Shown one piece after another: positions 55,006 through 64,000 of a DNA stretch of 64,000 nt. Under the pieces are notes generated by a model that was given only the letters and a program-made list of their open reading frames with translations, did no database searches and was not told the origin of the DNA. The translations under genes were made by a program, and so were the position numbers. Where the stretch lies: the NCBI GenBank assembly GCA_964016885.1, contig OZ024740.1, positions 178,250,001 through 178,314,000 on the forward strand, written 5' to 3'. The stretch's first letter is position 1. Every line of letters starts with the position of its first letter. The DNA comes from Eledone cirrhosa (Eukaryota).

Positions 55006-55429
55006 AATTAGAATTGGCGCTCTGAAATAGCTATATATATATATGAATGTATATATAGTGTATTTTGCAATACACTATATGCTTAATTAAAAGCATTTCG
55101 AAGACCTTATGCTATTGTTTTAGAGTAGTGACAGTCTCATTTACTTTAAACTTTTAGCAAACAGGGGAGATAAAGCTGACAGAGCTATGTTTCGTACTGA
55201 TTGATACTTATCAAAGCCAAGTACTCCACCTGCTTGCTGTAAATCATGAATGTTTGATTCTTATAGAATTTCTAGTAATAATCAGGAACTGATTATACAG
55301 AGCGGTTGCCGGTCAAGCAGAAATTGAAAATTAGAATTGGCGCTCTGAAATAGCTATATATATATGAATGTATATATAGTGTATTTTGCAATACACTGTA
55401 TGCTCAATTAAAAGCATTTCGAAGACCTT
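55006..55429 (-). mobile_element. Retrozyme-like element with about 100-bp terminal direct repeats
   Basis: Direct repeats 55006-55108 / 55329-55429, internal hammerhead. Confidence 0.8.
55156..55238 (-). ncRNA. Type I hammerhead, U3:A8 variant with extended stem I
   Basis: GCU-UUGAUAA-GUAU..GUAC-GAAA-CAUAGCUCUG-UC-AGC (55175-55217), outer helix AGCAAGCAGG.GGAG / CUCC.CCUGUUUGCU. Confidence 0.7.
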
Positions 55430-58400
55430 TTTTGTTGGCAGACACTGATCTTGTGCTGATATAATCAGTCCTTCAGTCTCCGATTTCAGTTCAGAGGATG
55501 CCAACCACTAATGGGTTAAAGTTTTGTCAACATCAGGATTGTTAGCTCGTTCTGGGTATTTTCCATACAGAGGCTTTTTTTGCCATTTCTTAGCCAGTTT
55601 CTGTAGTAGTTCTTTCTTTGCAGTTACTTTTACCTGCTTTGCTTTTTCTGTGTTTTCCATTTCAGCAGTAAATGGGACTTCTGAAATTTGTAGTCCATTA
55701 CTGTATCTTTGTGCATCTTTTGTAATGGAGTATGATCTTTTGATGCTTTCGTGTTTCAAAACGAGTTTGATCATCCAATCATGTGATTCCCTTAGATATG
55801 TAGATAATCCAATTGTTGCAGTTTTCAACGCAATGTCTAACTGGATTAACCCACGTCCTCCTTCTTTCCTAGGGAGATATATTCTATCTGTATCTGCCGT
55901 AGGGTGATGCATTCTGTGCATGGTTAAGAATCTTCTAATTTTTGTATCGAGCATACGGATCTCTGTGCTTGACCAGTTGATGACCAGTTGTAACTGTAGG
56001 TTACTACTGGTATGGCAAGCGTGTTTATGGCATCGATCCTATTCCTTGCATTCAATTCCGTTCTTAAGATTGCTCTTACTCTGCGGTAACATTCCTTCCT
56101 TATCCTTTCCCTCATTGTCGAGTGCTTGATTCCGTCTCCTTCACAAACACCTAGATATTTGTAAGTTTCCTCTTGATCAAGTTCTCCTATCACATTCCCC
56201 CGATCAAGATTAATGTCTGAACTTTTCAGCAGCTTTCCTCTGATGAACGTTGCTTTGGCGCATTTATCTAGTCCAAACTCCATTTTAATGTCATCACTGA
56301 ACTGCTTCACACTGGATAATAGCCGTTACAATTGTTCATCATTTTTTGCAAATAGTTTCAGATCAACCATGTAGAACAAGTGATTAATAGTTTTGTCATA
56401 GACTTTATATCCAGGTTTTGTTTCATTGAGCATTTTACTTAATGGTATAAGTGCGATGCAGAATAAAAGCGGTGATAAAGAGTCACCCTGAAAAATTCCA
56501 CAATTAATATTAACTTCTCCAGCTTCCAGTGATTTTGTTTCACTATTCAAAAGAAGTGTCGTTTTCCATGTCTTCATACTGAATGACAAAAACGTCCTGA
56601 CAACGGGAGATATTTTGAAAATCTCTAAACATTTTTCGATCCAAGTGTGGCAAACTATCGAATGCTTTTTTATAATCTATCCAAGCAATCGATAGATTTT
56701 TGTGTCTATTATGACAATCTTCCAGTATCATTTTATTAACCAAAAGCTGATCCTTACAGCCATATGAGCCTTGTTTACATCCTTTCTGCTCAATGGGAAA
56801 TAGGTAATTTGTTATCAGTTGGTCATATGTATATTCAGTTAGGACTGATGTTAAAATGTTATACATTGTGATCAAGCAAGTTATCGGTCTGTAATTTTTG
56901 GGATTGTTTGTCTCATCATTCTTCGGAAGCAGGAATGTAATGCCGTTAACTAGCCATGATGGTATCTTTTCTGGCTCCTTAACTATTTCATTGTAAAGTT
57001 AGGCTAACAGCTCATGAGACTCTGTGAAGGCATTTATCCAAAAATTTGTTATTTTGTCTTTTCCTGGGGATTTCCATTTGCTGGTTTTTTTAAGAGCCAA
57101 ACGCAACTGTTCAACTGTTATATTTTCCCATATTTGTTCCTCAAGGTGAGCTGTATCTTTCATTTGTCTGTCTATCCATGGGGCATGTATATTATGAACT
57201 TTTTCTTCGGCCCAGATCTTTTCCCAGAATTCTTGCACTTCCTCCTTGGGTGGTATTGATTTAGCAGTTATTGTTGACTTACCAATCTTTCTGTAGAATT
57301 TTCTTTGGTTGTTTTTGAACATATTGTTCTTATAGAATCTAGATCGTTTTTCAAAGCGCCTTATACGAGCAGCTTTGGCCGACACTTTTTGCTTGATTAT
57401 TTCTATCAGCATGTCTATGTCACTTGTTGATTTTATACAGTACTTTCTTTTCAATTTTCTAAGTTTAGTTTGTTTAACATGTTCACCTACTTTATAGTTT
57501 GTTAAAATTTCTATGTCAGATCGGAAAAGGTTTATTTGGCGATTGATGTTCTCTTGCCAAGTAGATTTCTTGTGGGAATTCCTTTGTTTTTTTCATTTTC
57601 ACTCCACATAAGTGAGTGGTGACTTTAGCCGATGCATAATAGAGATGATTTAAATCAGTAATGTTTAGTTTGTTTGTGATGATAATGTTTTTGAGAATTA
57701 TGTTAATCTTGTGTATTATCTTTTGGTTCTGTTTGGAGTTCTGGATCTTAGGGTGGGTGTCTCGTTCCCCCATGTCAGATTCTTTCATTTTCATCCATTC
57801 GATCATAATTTCATCCTTCAAGTTGGCAAGTTCATTCTCATTCATTTCTTTATCTTTTACGATCTCATTGTTTTCATTTGGAGTTTCATCTTGAGCATGC
57901 ACTCCCTCCACTTTTTCGATCCTTTCTTTAATTTGTTCTGTTGACAGTGATTCCGCCCCAACCCTGGGATTCGAAGTGTTACAATTTACCTCGTTTTCAC
58001 TGACACATGTTTCATTTTCCCTTCGCTGACTTTGTGTTAATAGCTTGATCAATTTATATATCAGTTAGTAACTTTTTTTTAACAATATTTCTTCGTATAT
58101 TGGCTTGTTTGTTACTGTCAATATAGCCTCTGTTTTCGGGATGTCTCTTTTTCCAGTTGATATATGTCTGTTCTGTATTCGATGTATTTGATGGGTAGTA
58201 CATGGCAGTGTAGAAAGCCACAAGGACTTCTTTATTATCTTCCCTTGACCATTTTTCTCTCTTTTTCTTCTTTTTCTTTGGATTTCTTGGTGGTGAGCAG
58301 GGGGGGGGGGGGGCAAACAGTAGGAGTATTTCGGTTATGGGAGGTCTCCAGCTCTGAAGTGATGGGAAGGTTTGAACCATTAGCTGATTTTTCGACCCCA

Positions 58401-58640
58401 GTCTGGTTCCTCTCTGAGGGACGCAGCCCTTTTTGACCCGGATGACGGCCGATCCGGTATGAGATTTTATCATTTGATATTTACTTTATTTTGTCGCGTT
58501 TTATCCTTATCCGCCAAGGGGTAATCATTTCGTGGTACCACTTCTAGGACGAGTGTCAACGAAGACTAGAGGGGTCGTCCTCCCCTAGAGACACGGCTAT
58601 TCCACGCCGGCCGCTATCCCGGTATTTCTTGGTCACGGGG
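55430..58640 (-). mobile_element. R4/Dong-clade non-LTR retrotransposon, frameshifted, 3' end (RLE domain) missing
   Basis: KWSREDNKEVL, WKSPGKDKITNFW, NYRPITCL, EQKGC..GCKDQLL, AWIDYKKAFDS, GIFQGDSLSPLLF, HLFYMVDLKLFA, MEFGLDKCA, YKYLG, DRIYLPRKEGGRGL. Confidence 0.92.
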
Positions 58641-59227
58641 TTTTCTTTTTTTTTTTTTTTTTTAAATTGTTATTATCATGAGTGGTTCCTTCAAGTGAGC
58701 ATTGCGTGGCTTCAGAATGAAATTATTAATAATATAATATACTTTTTGCTGAAGTTGCCTGTTATTGTTGTTGGCTATGTCAGTGGTGGTGCTGGGGCTT
58801 TTTCTATTGTTGGTGAGGAGGGGGGGGGGAGCCAGCAGTGCCATCGTCGTTGACGTTTGGCCGGTGGCCGGGTCACTAAGTCAATCTATTTATATCTTTT
58901 GCTAGCCTCTCCCTTGTCTAGTGATACCGCCACCTTCCCCTTTCTTAAGTTAACAGAAGGTAATGAGGGAATAGTGGTGGTAGCAATGAAGGAGTGGTCG
59001 CGGCGGTGATGGGATAGTGGTAGCAATGATGGATGCAGTGGTGGTGGCGGTGACTATAGTGATGGTGTTGTCGTTACTGAATTTTGTTGAATAGACTGTA
59101 GTTTGTTTGATCTGTGTATCTATGCGGTTTGTCGCGTATGTTTAATATATGTGTTGACATATTATCTTAGTATTGGTTTTAAACATTTTGTGAAAACTTG
59201 AGACAATAATAATAGTAATTATTATTA

Positions 59228-59411
59228 TGGCAGTATCGGTAGAGGGTCGGACGCCATGCTTTCCAGCATAGTTACGTCTCTTTACGATCTGAGTTCAAAT
59301 CCCGCCGAGGTTGACTTTGCCTTTCATCCTTACGGGGTCGATAAAATAAAGTACCAGTAATGCACTGTGTAATTGCTGGCCTTGTGCCTAAAGTAGAAAC
59401 AATTATTATTA
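59228..59411 (+). mobile_element. SINE family 1, near-consensus copy
   Basis: tggcagtatcggtagag..gagttcaaatcccgccgaggttgactttgcctttcatccttacggggtcgataaaataaagtaccagt..(att)n. Confidence 0.93.
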
Positions 59412-60049
59412 TGCTGGGATTGGTGGTGGTGGTGGTGGTGGTGAAATTGCCGTTATCTGGCTGTTGTATTTAGTGTACACAGAGGGGTGATGGGGTAGGT
59501 GGTGTATCTAGTTTGTGGTGTTGGTGAAATTGCTGTTATTTGGCTGTTCTATATAGTGTAGACAGAGGGGTTTTTTTCTTCCATTTATAACCATTTTCTT
59601 TTTTGAATATAACATTTATAATACAAAATTGAATATTTGAGCGATATAACAGGATATTATGGATCCGAATTTTCTGAGAGTTGAGTCTGGTGCTTTATGT
59701 ATCATTTGTACTAAGAATTGTTATATCACAATTGTTTTAATTATTATTATTATTATTATTATTATTGAATGCCATGGTTGACGGAGGCTCGGCTCTGTAA
59801 GGTATTGTAATTCTTAACCGTTATAACAATTGTAAATTGTTTAAAACTTTAACCAAATTGTAGATAAAACTTGAACCAAATTGTAGAGAGGTCTTTCTGC
59901 CCGTTATTTGGCCCTTCGGTGTTAAATAACCAGTTATTGGGGATTTGTGCCCAATATTCATTTTAAACCGTAAAAAAACAGGGCTACAAAAAAGAATGTT
60001 CACAAGTCACTCCCACTCCTTCCGTCTTCTATTACCCCAATCGTCATTA

Positions 60050-60378
60050 CGTCAGAGAAAAAATTGTCTCTCTCCCTCCCTTCTCTAAATGTGGTGTCGC
60101 CTCTTTCGCAAGCGACGCCATTAAAGAAAAAGAAAAATGTAGTATCTCGTAGCGTTCTTCATTTAAAAGAACGCGCGTACCGTGGAACATTTCTCCACGA
60201 CGACGACAACAACGAAAGATGTGTGCGGTAAATACGGAAAGCCATTTCATTCGTCTGACGTCATGAATAATAGCAGCAGCCGTAATAACAACAGCAATAA
60301 CAGTGGCGAAGAAAATACTAGTAGCAGCCGCAGCAACATCAGCAGCAGCATAAACAACAACAGCAGCAGCGGCAACAG

Positions 60379-60410
<32 letters not shown>

Positions 60411-62475
60411 ACAACAACATCAGCAACAGCGGCGGCGCCGGTCGTAGTACCAGCAGCAATAACAAAAGTAACATCAGCTCTGACGACAATAACAACAAGA
60501 AAGAAAAACCAATCTCGTTTGCAGGTATCGCAAAGAACCTGGAAACCATCCTTATAACAAATGAGGAATTTCAGGAAGCAAGGAAGATGGTGGCGAAAAC
60601 CGGACACCAAACAATCTGCAAGGCAGCCGAAGAATTTTTTGAAACCCAACAGCACTGTACGGTCACGTACCGTACAGTAAACACAAAATCACGTAGGGTT
60701 GAAAAAGTCTCAGAGGCTCAAATACAAAAAGCCTTAGGGTATGTGTGGCAACGGAAAACGCATGTCACCCGAGGTAAGAAATATGCCACCGTGGACGTGT
60801 GTTTTGCCACACCCCAGGCTGCAAAGTTCAATCCTTAGGGTCGCTAAGGAGCGAGGAAATGGTGTTGGTGCCCTCCTACTGCGGGCAAAAAATTGTGAGG
60901 GTCAAACTGACCCAGGTCCCCTCTCCCGGATGGCCCCTTCTTGGCTGGCGGCGTCTGTCCTCGTCGGAATCGAGGACAAAACAACCGTACTGCAAGTACA
61001 GAAAAAAGTAAGAGAAGATTGGGTCGGCGCCTCCATTGAGATGTTAATCCAAACCAACCAGGAGTGCATCAAAGCCATCCCGGATGTGATAGACTTCGAT
61101 AACGGCACTCAACTTCCCATAAGTGTTGAGGGCAAACGCCCGAAATGCTTTCGCTGTGGGTCGAAGACTCACCTCAGGGCCTCCTGCAATGAGAAGACCC
61201 TGAGAAAGGAGACCCCCCCTTCGGAAACCGGCCCCACTGCTTCCAGCAACAGGACAGGCGGCAAGCAGGAAGGATAGGTTCGTGGCACCCATACCCACGT
61301 CACCGAAATCAAGAACAGCAGCAGCAGTGGAAGTATTAACAACAACAAGAGTAATACCAACTGCAGCTGCAACAGAGACTCCACTGCACCAACACGAACA
61401 AGTGACAGAGTGGAGCTGGTACCCCTCCCCGACCTCACAGTATCGGACATGGAGTGTGAGGTGGGAGAGGGATGGCAAAAACTCGCAAGAAGGCACAAAC
61501 GCAGAAGCAGCGCATCGTCGCCTTCGAAAAGGGAGGGAAGAAATGAAAAAAGGGCGGAGGCTCCTGCAAAGAGTCTTACAGCAGCAACACCACCAACACC
61601 ATCACCACCCACTCTAGCACTATCATCACTACCGGCGGCAACCCCATCGCCAACAACAACAACACCTTCAACAACACCACCACAAGCACCAACATCGCAA
61701 ACACAACAACAAAACACACACACCCAGAAACAATATAGGCACGGAAGTTCCGTCAGCCGAGCCTGTCCGAGATGCGCGCAGAGCGACGAAACTGTCGTGT
61801 ACGCACTCGTTCAGTGCCCGAGCATTGCTGACTTGTGGAGCTATGTCGAACAGTTGCTGTCGCGTGTGGGACTGATCCGGTTATTGACTGGGTCCATTGT
61901 GCAGATGGTCTCGCCGTTTTCCTTCAAGGAGGAAGGGCAGGCGGTTTTCATCTGCCTGGTGGCCATGGCGAAAGAGATTGTGTGATGGACAACGTTGAAA
62001 GGGTTAAAGACAGATACTTTCCTCTTCGGCGAATCCCTAATTAACTTTTTCAAGTTTCACTTGAAGAGGAAAATCAGGGTGGAGAGGCAAGTGCTGCCTT
62101 CTAGCAAGTTTGTTGAAAGGTGGGTGAATGTTGCGAGAATGGTCCGAGTGAACGGGACCGCTCTGAATATACGCCTGTAGTTTAAGAAATGGAAAAATTG
62201 AGAGAGGGCGCTTTCCTTGGTGGTCAGGTTGGCCGTGGTCTTTTGTGTGGTTTTCGCCAAGAGCAAACCTCGGAGTTTTCCCCCCGATTGGAGAATATAT
62301 CATTGTTTCAATTTTCATTTTTATTGTTTATATATATGTGTCTATGTGTTTATTTCTTTTATTATATAAATAATAAAAATCTTTACACGGACAAAACCCA
62401 CATCGTATCGTCCTGTACCGTCCTGTACTGTCTGTAATGTTTTTCTTGATAGCCCTTGTGGCCAATAAAGAAATC

Positions 62476-62523
<48 letters not shown>
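60050..62523 (+). mobile_element. L1/Tx1-like element with ORF1 and only the C-terminus of ORF2 (EN and RT deleted)
   Basis: ORF1 pieces 60182-60838 and 60741-61277 with zinc knuckle CFRCGSKTHLRASC. ORF2 zinc finger CPRCAQSDETVVYALVQCP..LW. 3' end gccaataaag followed by a (TTA)n tail. Confidence 0.85.
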
Positions 62524-62557
<34 letters not shown>

Positions 62558-62567
<10 letters not shown>

Positions 62568-63093
62568 AAGGTTTAGCAAATAAGGAAAAAGTTTCAAAAT
62601 AAATTTTAAAAAATTAACATTACCTACTATAGTTACCTTTACCGAATCGGTTTCGAATCTCAAAAATAAACGAATCTCAAAAATAAACGGAGTCCATACG
62701 GCCTTTTGTTGCAAAGAAAGATTCTCGTCAGAAGGTTCTTTACATTCGAAGAATATAAAATTCTCGAACTTAAATTACAAACTGGCGCTATTCGAAATTG
62801 TTCCCGAGATGAGAGTAAATGAAGTGGAATCAATTTTTTCAAGGGCCGAGTGCAAAGATAGAAGCAGAGGCAGGCAGGTCAGTCTGCTACCGCTATAACT
62901 AGCAACAGTCAGAACGACCAAATTTTTTTCTCAACATAGAGGAGTATAGTAATAATAGAATATGTGTTCCTACACGCACAATGCGCTAAGGGACACATGT
63001 ATTGTCCAACCAAATGCCAATGTGGTTCAATGGCAGGTTAATAAATTAACGAGCCAGAACATATATAAACAAGGTTTAGCAAATAAGGAAAAA
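62558..63093 (-). mobile_element. Retrozyme-like element with 33-bp terminal direct repeats in (TA)n
   Basis: atatataaacaaggtttagcaaataaggaaaaa at 62558-62590 and 63061-63093, internal hammerhead. Confidence 0.8.
62635..62736 (-). ncRNA. Type I hammerhead ribozyme
   Basis: ACCUU-CUGACGA-GAAUCU..AGAUUC-GAAA-CCGAUUCGG-UA-AAGGU. Confidence 0.92.
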
Positions 63094-63138
63094 ATGTCAA
63101 TATATATATATATGTGTGTGTGTGTGTATGTATATATG

Positions 63139-63203
<65 letters not shown>

Positions 63204-63343
63204 CAAAGAAAGAGTGGTAAGAAACAAAGTGGATCATAACGCCCCAGAGTACTCGATACTTAGGGTAATAGTGTGTGTAATAGGAAAAGAGTCAGGACCC
63301 CGACGGCTGAGCTCCGGCTGTTTCGACAGCTAGATCCAGACTC

Positions 63344-63377
<34 letters not shown>

Positions 63378-63867
63378 GTATTTATATATATATACGCAGC
63401 CGAGAGATCGGACTTTGAAGCGCCGCAAATATAACATTAATGTAAATATACCATCGGCCGCTGTCAACTTCTTTTTCCGTCTTTTACGGGTCTTTACCCT
63501 ATTTTATAAACCATTTTATCACATTTCTGCGCATGAGTACATCATTCTTTACATTAAAAATAGAAACAAAATATTGAGAAGCTTATTGCATTACCGCTCA
63601 CAATCAAAACAGTATTTCATTGCTTATTAATTAACACAAATATTATTTACCTCAAATATTTTATGAGAACATTCAAAGACTACTGTTTATTCAACAACTA
63701 GGTCGTGTTCTGCAGATAACTTGTTGGTATAATTAATGCCATTCAGAGTAAAGTAAAACTCAGCTGCAAAACGAATTTCTCGAACTTTAGAAGCGCATCA
63801 CATGTTATACATTTGATAGCAGTTGACAAGCTGAAAATTTACAATAGCAAGAATGCGTGCATTAATA

Positions 63868-64000
63868 ATTGTTTCTACTTTTGGCACAAGGCCAGCAATT
63901 TCCCAGTGTATTACTGGTACTTTATTTTATCGACCCCGTAAGGATGAAAGGCAAAGTTAACCTCGGCGGGATTTGAACTCAGAATGGCAAGGGCCGTAAC
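63868..64000 (-). mobile_element. SINE family 1, cut by window end
   Basis: aattgtttctacttttggcacaaggccagc...gggatttgaactc. Confidence 0.9.

Noticed and set aside
59228-59305. tRNA gene
   Set aside because: The A/B boxes belong to SINE heads and no full cloverleaf is evident.
60047-60655. 202-aa minus-strand ORF
   Set aside because: Antisense shadow of the low-complexity (AAC/AGC)n region of the LINE ORF1.
63295-63345. GAAAC...GUC on the minus strand
   Set aside because: No pairing stem III and no upstream core.

Overview
AT-rich, microsatellite-saturated eukaryotic non-coding DNA. The SINE and LINE repertoire suggests an octopod cephalopod (inference). I found no intact host gene. Most ORFs in the supplied track are translations of (TA)n, (CA)n or (TAC)n tracts. 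The window holds decayed non-LTR retrotransposons (RTE, R4/Dong, CR1, CRE, an internally deleted L1/Tx1), Penelope-like element (PLE) remnants, about 20 tRNA-derived SINE copies, MITEs, long fold-back palindromes and a possible decayed multi-exon gene near 52-53 kb. The main hidden signal is about 17 type I hammerhead ribozyme (HHR) motifs from roughly a dozen apparently unrelated short elements. Most sit in or beside (TA)n tracts, and many are bounded by terminal direct and/or inverted repeats, as in retrozymes or PLE pseudo-LTRs. At least three of these families carry a compensatory U3:A8 catalytic core instead of C3:G8. All folds were derived by eye and none is experimentally tested.
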